The notes under the pieces were generated by a model that worked only from the letters and a program-made list of their open reading frames with translations, searched no databases and had not been told where the DNA came from. DNA of 64,000 nucleotides from positions 57,474,001-57,538,000 of the forward strand of contig NC_042998.1 of NCBI RefSeq assembly GCF_006345805.1, given 5' to 3'. Positions within the stretch are counted from its first letter, which is position 1. Every line of letters begins with the position of its first letter. The translations under genes and the position numbers were made by a program. The DNA comes from Octopus sinensis. Lineage: Eukaryota. Below, piece after piece: positions 37,968 to 49,763 of the stretch.

Positions 37968-37975
37968 TGCACACA
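37627..37975. repeat. (CA)n-(TA)n-(GA)n compound microsatellite
   Basis: Direct reading. Confidence 0.95.
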
Positions 37976-38865
37976 CATACTGAATGACATTCTGAAATAA
38001 ATTCTTTCAATACAAACTGTAAACAACATTCGTGTAACCCTGGAGACTAACATTAACATCATGAATGACAGCTGACAGTGCTTCTGACTTTCTAAGACAT
38101 TATGAAAACGAATTTTACGGAAGTCAAGTAGACTGATAAAAAAAAAAAAAAATCTCAAGGATTAATAAATTTTATGGAAAATATTCTATGAGATTCAGAA
38201 TTTGTGTTTTGATATTTATAATTATTATTGCAAATTCATTTTACTTAATTGAATAACATAATATCAAAAGAACTCACAAGTGAAGATAATTCGAACGAAA
38301 ATTAAAATTAGTCGTAAAGCGACTATCATTTTGATAAAGTAAATTCACTGTAGAGAAAATAAGACAGCTAAACTATTTACGGGCTCATTCACTTGGTTTC
38401 AAATGCTTTTTATTTGCGAAAGAATATTTACTTCCTTAAATATTTATTGTTCTATGCTTAAAAAAATAATATATGCGTGCATATACATACATACATACAT
38501 ACATACACACAGGCGCACGTACGTACATACATACATACATGCATGCATACATACATGCGTGCATACATACATACACACATACATACGTACATATATATAA
38601 TGAACTAACTGTTACTTTCTCAGATGCTGCACGGATTTTTGTCAGTGAACAGGTCGCGGTCTTAAAGCGACGAAAATATTTTGACAAATTAAACTGAAAT
38701 GTTGAAGCGAATCGAACGGCTTTTGTGTGTTTCTTAAATGGCTTACAAACACCTTCCACGCTGCAATTGTTTTCGTTTCAGCACACGATCTCAGATCAAA
38801 TCACTTGCTATGCAGGTACATCTCCGTAAATCTTTAGATATAGTTTTTTTTTAATATATTTGGTA

Positions 38866-39266
38866 TTTTACTCTTTTACTCTTTTACTTGTTTCAGTCAT
38901 TTGACTGCGGCCATGCTAGATCACCGCCTTTAGTCGAGCAAATCGACCTCAGGACTTATTCTTTGTAAGCATAGTACTTATTCTATCGGTCTATTTTGCC
39001 GAACCGCTAAGTTACTGGGACGTAAACGCACCAGCATCGGTTGTCAAGCGATGTTGGGGGGACAAACACAAACACACACACACACACACACAAACATATA
39101 TATACAACGGGCTTCTTTCAGTTTCCGTCTACGAGATCCACTCACAAGGCTTTGGTCGGGACGAGGCTATAGTAGAAGACACTTGCCCAAGGTGCCACGC
39201 AGTGGGACTGAACCCGGAACTATGTGGTTGGTAAGCAAGCTACTTACCACACAGCCACTCCTGCCT
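38866..39266 (-). mobile_element. Full-length young tRNA-derived SINE with internal (TG)n
   Basis: Minus-strand head ggcaggagtggctgtgtggtaagtagcttgcttaccaaccacatagttccgggttcagtcccactgcg (A and B boxes); tail (AAGTAAAAGAGT)-like. Confidence 0.92.
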
Positions 39267-40329
39267 TAATGTCTGGATTGTCATATCAGGTCTTTGCACG
39301 TAATTCCAGGGCTTAGCTGGTGCTAAACAACAACCAAAGTGTAAATTGGGTGCTGTCATTATTGTTCGTTTGTTCCAGCTTCGGTTTACAAAGCAGGTAC
39401 ACTAAGGATAAAAGATTAAAGCGGTTCCATGTTAAACGGCTCGAATCACTTGACATAGTCATGCCACTGCTGGTGTATTTCTAGTTAGTAGGTTTTAACA
39501 CCTACCAATGGTTAAACTACCGGTTCGACGATGTGATTCATTATTCTAAAACAGCCATGTTTTGTTTAGAAGTCGTGGCCTTGCTATGATCCTATCAAGA
39601 GGGTTAGAATGGCTTTTATCGTACATGAAACTTTCCATCATGCAGATTTATTAACGTTCACACAAGGACATACATCGACACGCAGATTACTGTGTGTGTG
39701 TGCTCGCGCGGGGGTTATTAACTTTTGCCAAATTTGGAAAGAGAAAACTTGTGCACCATGAGGGTTTCAAGGGTTTCTGGAAGCAACTTGAAATCGTATT
39801 CCGATTGATAATAACTTTCCAGCTGAAAAATAAAGTGTAATAAACCGCAGTTTTCCTTAACACACACACACCCACACACTAATCTCTGTATATACACACG
39901 CACACGCGCGTGCGCACACACACGTATATAACACAAACGGATATACGCCCGCTCCATCCGTCATCAGTCGATCTAATATCATTTTGGCACTTTTCGATAA
40001 TATTGTGAATTTTGGGGGTCTCAACTACGAATGTCGTAGGGAGATAAACGAACGGCGCAATAAACAAGTAAGAGAAAATGTCTGAAGAACAGTTATTGAA
40101 AAAATAACGTCGGAAGACCGAACGATGAATATAGATAAGTTGTAAAGAAAATGGGAAAAATACAGGATGAGACAACGTCCAAACATATACGTAGGATGAC
40201 TTTGGACTAAGTGATAAACTGAAGACATTGTGCGAAGTAATGCTCGTAGGAAATGTAGTGTACCTTTCAACCTTGTAGAAGAAGATATGTGAAAAGGTAA
40301 GGACTCCCTTCAATCATGAAAGAGCATGG

Positions 40330-40630
40330 GATTACACCTAGAAAGTTACCTTTCAAGGCACAAGTCCAGGCAAGGTTGTTTTATGGAAGGCTAGTAGTTG
40401 CGCATCCATACTAGCTTCCCTTCTCCTCGCAACCGATATTTTCCAAGAGAAAGGTAAAGGCCAGTACAGCTTGGCATCAGCGACGCTGCAACTCATTTCT
40501 ACAGCTGAGTGAACTTGAGCAACGTGAAGTAAAATATCTTGCTTAAGAACACAACCCCATGCAAGAATCGAACCCACTACCTCATGATTGCGAGCCTGAT
40601 GCTTTACCAACTGAGCCATGCGACCTAAGC
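40330..40630 (-). mobile_element. tRNA-derived SINE
   Basis: Head ggtcgcatggctcagttggtaaagcatcaggctcgcaatcatgaggtagtgggttcgattcttgc followed by gtgttcttaagcaagata..ttacttcacgttgctc; the tRNA-like part has no acceptor-stem closure. Confidence 0.8.
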
Positions 40631-41159
40631 GTTGAAATATAGCAGAAGCTGCAAAAAGAAGTGACTGATCAGGGGAACAGTCAGTTCGAAAAAGAATTAG
40701 CAGCATGAGAAAGAAGGAGGGGTTGCCTTGTGACATCTTGTCAGATGGAGGTAGAAGAAGGTGTAACTGGAGTGGGGAGAAAAAGCACCGTCTAGAGACA
40801 ATCGAAACAAGTATAGACTGAAAACTAGAAATATGATAAATACAGAGATGAAAGGATGTGTAAGAAAGATATAACTATAGGAAGATAGATACAAACAACG
40901 ATAGTTAGGTAAATAGAATAAAGATTGGAAATGTAGGTATCAAGAGAAAACTTTAAAAAGGTGTGTTGATACGAAAAACGATAAATGAATAAATAATTAA
41001 TTAAATAAATAGCTGAATTAGATAAAGAAATTAAAAGAGAGCAGTTGTCGAATGATAAGGAACATGGCGACTGGGGAAAACTTACGTAGCGCTGCAATAA
41101 AGAATAACGAAAGATATGGCACAGGGGACTAGAAAAGGATTTCAAAGGAGAACAAAGAG

Positions 41160-41164
41160 AGAGA

Positions 41165-41228
<64 letters not shown>

Positions 41229-41437
41229 AGAGAAAGAGAGAGAGAGAGAGAGCGAGAGAAGGAAACGGTCGTGTAGATGAACAACAGAGAAATTTATAAA
41301 ACGGGAAAAAAGTCTCAGAGCGGTGTGTGTGTGAGTGTGTGTGTGTACGATTACAAGTGACTGGTGTATACATACATACATGCATACATACATACTTATA
41401 CATTCCCCCATACATATGTATATACATACATACACGC

Positions 41438-41522
<85 letters not shown>

Positions 41523-41553
41523 CAGGCATATAGATAGATAGATAGAAGATAGG

Positions 41554-41585
<32 letters not shown>
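41160..41585. repeat. (GA)n, (TG)n, (TACA)n, (TA)n, (TAGA)n compound array
   Basis: Direct reading. Confidence 0.9.
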
Positions 41586-41586
<1 letters not shown>

Positions 41587-41659
41587 CAGTCAGACTCGGT
41601 TTCCGCGAAGAAAGAAATCGTGCTTTACAACACACACATATATATACCTATATATTTAT

Positions 41660-44600
41660 TTTTAGCTATAATGAATCTAGCAAAAGAACTGGAAAAAACA
41701 TCCGAGCTATCACCCACCGCCATCCACCACTATTACCCCACTACACATGCCATTAAAAAGCAATCAAATAAACAAATCACCAAAACAATTAAACCATCCA
41801 CTCTCGCCTCAACATTTCTGCTTAATGCCCAAGGCATCAGCCCTTCCACCAATACACAATATGGAAGATAAGATTCCTGGAGGACTGGGTCGAGGCCCAT
41901 CCAAACCACATCCCTTTCTTCGTCCTCACTGAAACCCATCTTAGTGACCTCCACTTGGAAGCCGAGTGTGAAAGTTAAAAATTCAAAACCATTCGTGCTG
42001 ATTGTGTTGGCAGAAGAAAGGGTGGACTGCCATTTATGTCCATGATTCATTCTCAACAGAAGCCATGAACATATTTTCGAATGGATACTGCGAAGCAGTC
42101 GCTGTATTCAGTCAAACCAACAACTAAACAGTAGTTGGGCTCTACAGACCACCCCAAACGCCCCTACCATGCTTCAAGGAATGCCTCAACAGCATAAAGT
42201 GTTTCATTCAGCAGTGTCAACCTGACAACATTTTAATGATGGGAGATTTCAACCTTCCCGGGGTTGACTGGTCTACAAACAGTCTGCCGCCAGGTTCTTC
42301 TCTCTCAACCCCTGACAGGGAGGCAGTGGAATCGCTTCTTGACTTCATGGATGACTTCTTCTTGTCCCAACTGGTACTCGAACCAACGAGATGTCACAAA
42401 AACGTCTTAGACTTAATTTTCAGCAATCACACTGATACTATCCACAATATTGCAGTGGAGAAAACCCTACTCTCCGACCATGACATGGTTCTCTGTGATC
42501 TGAGATTTCACTGGCCAAAATGCAAAACAAATGTCATCCCTCCTGTTCATCCATTTGACACTATGGATTTCCACAATGCAAACTGGGAAGCGATCAATAA
42601 TGATCTTGCACAAGTCGATTGGTCCTTCGCACACATACACACCCACTAACATCAAAATGTCCTGGCAGTCACTTGTAGACACCATCACGAACATAGGTGC
42701 AAGACACACCCCATTAAGATCTGCAAACAAATCTAAGTGTCGAATCCCTAGAAATAGAAAATCTCTCATAAGGAAAATTAAAAGAATCAACAAAAAGATC
42801 AACATGCTGAAATACTGTCAACAGCAACACACCAACCTGACTGCCATCTCGTCGCTAGAGATTAAAAAACATAAACTCCAAAACAACATGATGTCTATCA
42901 TCAATAGTCAGCGAAGAGCTGAAGAGGCCTGGGCCATTGAGAAGATCAAACTCAATCCAAAGTGTTCTTTTCATTTGCAAAAAAAACAGAGTCACTGGTT
43001 CTACTGTTGGCCCTCTGATTGATGAAAATGGTACTCTTCAAGACAATGCCAAAACCATGGGAGAAATATTGCAGAAACAATATTGCTCTGTTTTCAGCAA
43101 TCCTGATATGACTGATCTGGGCTGTATCAGTGATGTTACTCCCCAATACACTTTATCGGACATAACATTTGGCGCTCCTGATGTCTTAGCAGCAATAAAG
43201 GAAATGAAGCATAATTCAGCAGTAGGTCCCGATAGGTTCCCTGCTTGTGTCTTGAAGATGTGTCAAAACCAACTTGCACCCCCTCTAGCCAATCTGTGGC
43301 GGAACTCATTGATGCTGGATATATACCAGAAGACCTTCTATCCCAGTCTGTTGTCCCAGTTTTCAAAAAAGGAAACAAATCGCTTGCCGTGAATTACCGT
43401 CCAATCTCACTCACCTCTCATATCATCAAGGTATTTGAGAGGGTGCTGAGATCGCGTATGACTCACTTCCTTGAGAGTCATAATATGCTGAACCCCAACC
43501 AGCATGGATTCCGTAATGGGAGAGATTGCCTGACGCAGCTACTGCATCATTTTGATGACATTTTGAGAGCCTTGGGAGAGGGTTCCAACACTGATGTCAT
43601 CTACCTTGATTTCAGCAAGGCCTTGACAGGGTTGATCATAAGATCCTTCTGAGAAAGCTGTCCAATATTGGTGTCACTGGAAAGCTGCTGCAATGGATCA
43701 AGTGCTTCCTCTCTAACAGAACCCAACATGTTGTAGTCGAAGGAGTCAAATCCAGCCCAGCCAAAGTCAGCAGTGGTGTCCCACAAGGCACTGTGTTGGG
43801 CCCACTTCTCTTCATCATCTACATAAATGATATTACTGACACCATCAAACACAGCAACATCAGAACCTTCGCTGATGATTCCAAGCTCCAGAAGGTCATC
43901 AATGGCGTGGATGACCGAATAAACCTTCAGTCAGACCTACTGGCTGTTGTCCAATGGGCGGAAAAGAATAACATGTTGCTAAATGAAGACAAATTCGAAC
44001 TGATCCACTTTGGAAGGGAGGACGCTCTGAAACTCCCATACTCTCTTCCTTCTGGAGAAATTCTCATGGCATCCAACAACATCAGAGACCTGGGAGTAAC
44101 AGTGGACAACAACATAAGCTGGGCTACACATATAAGCAGCAAAGTTGACATGGCCCGCAGAATGTGTTCCTGGATTCTCAGAACCTTCCAGTCGAGAGAT
44201 TCCCACGCTATTATCCTTCTCTTCTCCACTTTTGCCCGACCCCACCTTGAATACTGCTGTCCACTGTGGTCTCCCTACACAAAACAAAATATTATGAGAA
44301 TTGAAGCTCCCCAAAGGTCAATCACAAAAAAGATAGATGGCATGTCAGACCTTGACTACTGGGGTAGACTAGAGAAGCTGTGAACGCTACATTATCTGTA
44401 TGATGTGGAAAATATTCCATCAGCACTGTCCGAATGATGTTGGCATCACCTTCAAAATGCATCCAAGGCTTGGACCACGTGCCATCCGTCCACAACAAAA
44501 ATCTAAATCGCATCACATAACGACAATACGGCACAACTATTTCACCTCAATTGGACCCGCTCTCTTCAACATTACACCAGGACACGTCAAAAAGAAACTG

Positions 44601-44814
44601 ACCACACAAAATTCAAGAAGTCTTTGGACAAATTCCTTCAAACAGTACCGGACAAACCACCCACACCCGGATATGTCTCCGCAAACAATAACTCTCTGCT
44701 CGAATGGGCCTTGGTGCCCAAATCCTGAACTGAAAGACTTCGCCAGGTGGTGCTATTAAGTTAGACATGGCCTGGGCCAATACTGGCCAAAAACCTTTCT
44801 AAGTATTCTAAGTT
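41660..44814 (+). mobile_element. CR1/L2-type LINE copy C: ORF1 end plus near-complete frameshifted ORF2 (APE+RT)
   Basis: MMGDFNLP..PTRCHKNVLDLIFSN..SDHD; NYRPISLTSHIIKVFERV..NQHGFRNGRDCLTQLL..DVIYLDFSKA; GVPQGTVLGPLLFIIYIND..FADDSKL..RDLGVTVD..RPHLEYC. 3' hairpin plus (TTCTAAGT)2 tail runs into (TA)n. Confidence 0.95.
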
Positions 44815-44901
44815 ATATATATATATATAATATATATATTATATATCTATATATATATATATATATATATATACAAAGCACGAATTCTTCGTGATTAGAG
44901 G

Positions 44902-45000
44902 GTTCGTAAACCGAGGTATAACTGTATCAAATGAATACGAGAAAGACAGGAGATAAAGTACGATTTATTCGTAAACAGAGTTGTTCGACAACCGAGGTTT

Positions 45001-45007
<7 letters not shown>
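44902..45007. mobile_element. Two tandem pogo/Tigger-like terminal repeat remnants
   Basis: gttcgtaaaccgaggtataactgTA and gttcgacaaccgaggtttcattgTA; reverse complements resemble CAGT..AACCTCG TIRs ending at TA. Confidence 0.35.
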
Positions 45008-45036
<29 letters not shown>

Positions 45037-45720
45037 CCAACACAACTGTCTGACGAACGGGAACGTGAAACTCTGATAACAACTCTGTGATAATTTTGCA
45101 GCTTTACTAAAAGCAAATTACGCTATCCTCGGTATTCGAGTACAATTATCTCCACCGTATTTTGCACTTTTGTGCTCACCTGTATACACACATAGACACA
45201 CACAGACATGCACACACATAGATATAAAGGCGTGTGCTTGCAATAATAGTCAGACTTATTAAATATTTAATAGACGTAATGAGAGTATTTTTTGTGTAAA
45301 AGCTTTCACAAAGTATAATTCATACCTCAGAGTGATAATACATAAATATAACAGAATGTCGAATGACATGTAGAAATGAAGTCAATGTTTTATATGTACC
45401 ATTATATATATCTATATCTATATATCTATATCTATATATATATATAGATATATATGTGTGTGTATTGAATAGTTTGAAAGTGTGATGGAGAAAATTTATT
45501 TAAATTTTTAAATATGCTTCTTGACATTTTCCACCTGTCGTTCCATTAATTATATATACATTCGTACATGCATACATACATACGCGCGCGCGCGCACACA
45601 CACACACATATATATATATATAACATACATACACTCACACACACACACATATATATATATATACATGTATATATATATATATATATATACCAGCGATAAT
45701 AATTATTTTATTTTATCGCA

Positions 45721-45803
<83 letters not shown>

Positions 45804-45984
45804 TATATATAAATTAGAAAAAAAAACACCTTTTAACAATTCAATAATGGAAAAATGAAATTATACCATTTAGAAAAATTACATCTTATAGAAAGATTAA
45901 ACATAAGATAAAACAGATACCAATGATTAAATAATGTGCAAAATAATAAATTAAAAATAAAACGTATATATTTGGTAGAATATA

Positions 45985-45992
45985 TGTGTGTG

Positions 45993-46024
<32 letters not shown>

Positions 46025-46168
46025 ATATATATGTATATTTACATATACGTATATATACCTATATCTATATATATATACACATATATATGTATATATATAT
46101 ACATATACATATATATATATGTATATATACATATACATGTATATACATATACATATATGTATATATAC

Positions 46169-46252
<84 letters not shown>
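45985..46252. repeat. Long (TA)n/(TACA)n array
   Basis: Direct reading. Confidence 0.95.
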
Positions 46253-46253
<1 letters not shown>

Positions 46254-47102
46254 AGTGGGCAAGCAAATACATTTTTAGTTTTCAGTGACTGGTTTTACTT
46301 TCGAAAGACGACTTGGCGTATATCTCCCTTATATTCTGACCCCATCTCCGCGAAGAATGAATATGTTATAGGCTTTTGTATGGAAACTAAATGTATAGAA
46401 AGCCACACAGTATAATGATATCTGTTAATGATCATGAATATCATGAATAAATGTATAGAAATGCAGCGGAATGAAATGTATAGTCATAAAATTTGTAGAG
46501 ATGGTACCCGACTAACAATCCTTTGATAAACCATCCTAGTCACCGTGTTGATTCATTCGACAACCGTCGGTATGGAAGCCGTTAACATGTTAATGGTAGT
46601 AGATAGAGTATACATTTGGGCTTTTGATGCTAAATTATGTTTGTGGATTGGGCAATGCTGTCTACCTTTATATATTCGCCAGTCGTTTCTTTATGCTTCT
46701 CACCCAACTCAAATGCAACACAGTTGAAATATTAATTCATATTGCACGTTCCATCAGGAAGAATATGGAAAAATCTGTACGTTTCGAAAACTTCATGACA
46801 ATACTTCTTTCCAACTCAGTTATATTAGCAATCTTAATTGGATTCGTGTATTATTTATTATTTTCCCCTACCTCTCTTTCATTATATTTCTGAATGAATA
46901 TATCTACGAATATATATATATATATATGTATATATAATAGTTATCGCCATACTAATATGGCATTCTTATAAAAATAAGAATAAAGCTGTCCGCTTATTAG
47001 CTCCATGAGGCCATCGCCTTAAGTTAGCTATTTGATACACAAACTGTATCCATATAACCTTCGAACAAGGGAGGTCAGTCGCTCCACACTACTTGACCGA
47101 CA

Positions 47103-47144
47103 GCTACAGACGCGTTTCGGGGTATTGCCCCTTTTCAATGTAGC
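47103..47144 (-). ncRNA. Type I hammerhead ribozyme, U3:A8 core variant (copy 1)
   Basis: Minus strand: GCUACA-UUGAAAA-GGGG-CAAUA-CCCC-GAAA-CGC-GUC-UGUAGC, with perfect stems I and II and a palindromic minimal stem III. Confidence 0.85.
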
Positions 47145-47373
47145 GTAGTCAGACCAGTAGGTGTCGCTTCCGACAATCTCTGTTCGAAGGTTTTATTTAC
47201 CTAGTTTCGGTGGAATACATCCACTTGTTTTCAATAATAGAAATATTAAAATTACTAAGTCTCTCTAAAAGAGAACACGGCAGCGTTCCCGGAAAATAAT
47301 AGTTATCGCCATACTAGGTAAATAAAACCTTCGAACAGAGATTGTCGGAAGCGACACCTACTGGTCTGACTAC

Positions 47374-47415
47374 GTTACATTGAAAAGGGGCAATACCCCG
47401 AAACGCGTCTGTAGC
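47374..47415 (+). ncRNA. Type I hammerhead ribozyme, U3:A8 core variant (copy 2)
   Basis: GUUACA-UUGAAAA-GGGG-CAAUA-CCCC-GAAA-CGC-GUC-UGUAGC; one U-G wobble in stem I; predicted cleavage after C47409. Confidence 0.85.
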
Positions 47416-47670
47416 TGTCGGTCAAGTAGTGTGGAGCGACTGACCTCCCTTGTTCGAAGGTTATATGGATACAGTTTGTGTATCAAATAGCTAACTTAAG
47501 GCGATGGCCTCATGGAGCTAATAAGCGGACAGCTTTATTCTTATTTTTATAAGAATGCCATATTAGTATGGCGATAACTATTATTTTCCGGGAACGCTGC
47601 CTTTTTATCTTTTAGAGAGACTTAGTAATTTTAATATTTCTATTATGTATATATATGTATATGTATATGT

Positions 47671-47734
<64 letters not shown>

Positions 47735-47737
<3 letters not shown>

Positions 47738-47952
47738 TGTTTGTTCCTTATCGAGCCATGCCTTGCTCATAAGGGCCGGTTTCCCGGTTTCCTTGGCGTA
47801 AAGGTTCGCCACCTGGACGGTACGCCGGTCCGTCGCAGGTGAGCTGCAAGATGCTGGAAGAAAGAGTGAGAGAAAGTTGTGGCGAAAGAGTCAGCAGAAG
47901 TTCACCATTACCTACTGCCGGAGCTCTAACCACTGAGCCATGCGCCTCCATA
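47735..47952 (-). mobile_element. tRNA-derived SINE, internally deleted
   Basis: Head ggaggcgcatggctcagtggttagagc (B box missing); 3' part shared with the 17975-18545 SINEs. Confidence 0.8.
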
Positions 47953-47960
47953 CGCACACG

Positions 47961-48000
<40 letters not shown>

Positions 48001-48004
<4 letters not shown>

Positions 48005-48840
48005 TTTCCCCATACGGCTTAGTCCAGGGGATTCAAGTCTGAGCTGGAAGAAAACCAAAAGTTGGCAGGCCAAAAAGTCGGTGAAGTTGTCTTCGCAGAA
48101 TTTCTACAATTCCTTCACCGTATAAGTAGGAGCAACATCTTTGGTACACACATATTTACCGTTGAGGTAGTTAGACTTCAGCCAAAGCAAAACCTTAAAC
48201 TGCAAGACTTTATAATAAACTTCAGCCCCCACCTTTTCCCCACACTTGAAAAAAAATGAAGGGGCATCTTTTTTTCCATTGTGCTTCAGATATCGCAACA
48301 CATTTTTTGGCCTGTTCATGCCTTTTACCTTTCATTGCATAGGTCAATGGTTGTCTCGGGGTTCTCACGTATGACCCCCAACTGTAAATCAGTGTGTACA
48401 GTAGTTCTGATGGTCTTTCGATCAACTTTCATGTCCATAATAACAGTTTTCTCATGGCTGTTGTTGGGTCTTTCGAAATTTTGGCTTTAAATTATGTAAG
48501 AAATGCATTATTATAGATTTCATTTATGTCATCTACTTCCTGGCTTTCTCTTGATGCCTCCCATGTCCAGCATTCGCTTCTTAACTTTGTAAACAGTGCT
48601 CACAGATGCCCTGACAGTCTCGGTAATACGTCTAATTGCAACCCCGGCAAAAAGCAAATCTGCAATGCGTTGTCTCTTGGTTTCATGAGCGGACATGCTT
48701 GACTGTATAAGTAGAATCTCCGCTTGAATTAACTCTATATACCTCCACCCTGAAATAGAAAACAATATTTTAGTATTTACACTCAGTAATATGAGAAAAA
48801 TAAGACTTCCAAAACATTCCAAGTTTCACTTCCCCACCTG
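48001..48840 (-). mobile_element. Tc1/mariner maT (DD37D-like) transposon relic with 5' end
   Basis: TA|CAGGTGGGGAAGTG terminus at 48840. HTH region MSAHETKRQRIADLLFAGVAIRRITETVRASVSTVYKVKKR. Catalytic region YVCTKDVAPTYT..FCEDNFTDF..ANFWFSSSSDLNPLD*AVWG. Confidence 0.85.
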
Positions 48841-49338
48841 TACGTATATATATCTTCAAAATTTAAGACACGACTGTCATCGAGTTTGAATTTTTTTTTA
48901 TTATTCTTCCTGTTTACATTACCAAATGTTGAGTTTGGAGCAATACTGTTCCTAAGTCCACTAACGTTTCGTATGTCTGTGCGTCTCATGTCCCGTGGCT
49001 GGATGTGGTTCCTTTCATGTGTTTTGTACACCAAACATTTGGATCATTAGCTCTGTCTTCTTTTTTATTTTTTTCCTATCTCTCCAAGGGTGTGTTACAC
49101 TCTCCATATACCAATGGTTAACCAATGTCACATGATGAAAGGCTGGTATTACTTGCAAGAAAACTTGTCTCAGACTTTTTGTCCTCCAATTCTCGTCGTT
49201 TGTTTCCCGGTTTTGGCACTGAAGGTGTGGCGAGTCTTTTCGAGGGTGCAACTGATAGTATTTTTGGAAACAATAGCATCTAGGTTCTTTTTACGCTATT
49301 ACGATTTTCTCACTGCCTGTCTGTTTGTCTGTCTGTTA

Positions 49339-49374
<36 letters not shown>

Positions 49375-49580
49375 TTGATCTTCAGAGCAGAAGGACATGT
49401 GCAACTTTCACATATGTAACAGTTGGGATATCTGTCTTGACCATCTCCCTGTCATATTGTTTACCTCTTTGCACCTCTCATGAAGCATACCTGTATAGAC
49501 TTGTGATATTCATGAATAATAAAAACCCGAATGCCTATGGAGACCCAACCTGATTAAATATCTTTTTTGATCATCTAGAC

Positions 49581-49763
49581 CAGGAGTCCCCAAAGATTTC
49601 AGGCCATCGACTCGTTCATGGAAACCTTGACCCCTCATAGAGCCCCTGGAATGTACATGAAAATAAATTAATAGTAATAATTAAATATATGTGCATTTAT
49701 CGACCCCCTTGAATTGTCCCATCGACCCCCAGGGGTCGATCTCAACCACTTTGGAGACCCCTG
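49581..49763. mobile_element. hAT-Charlie-type MITE
   Basis: TIRs CAGGAGTCCCCAAAG / CTTTGGAGACCCCTG; 8-bp TSD atctagac / atctaggc (7 of 8 match; fits the NTCTAGAN Charlie preference). Confidence 0.85.

Larger units (their letters stand above)
46935..47646. mobile_element. Hammerhead-bearing non-coding retroelement (362-nt unit): 1.06-mer on minus and 0.92-mer on plus in inverted arrangement, inside (TA)n
   Basis: Inverted arms 46935-47205 and 47313-47583 (271 bp, one mismatch seen). The 20-mer taatagttatcgccatacta recurs at 46935 and 47297. 47564-47646 is the reverse complement of 47234-47316 with 3 mismatches. Confidence 0.9.

Noticed and set aside
40025-40300. Purine-rich stretch with a gtaagg donor near 40297
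   Set aside because: Stops occur in all plus frames within about 40 nt and there is no good acceptor.
45050-45080. CTGACGA-acg-ggaa-cgt-GAAA hammerhead-like core
   Set aside because: Stem II forms, but I find no matching stem I or NUH/stem III; at most a decayed relic.
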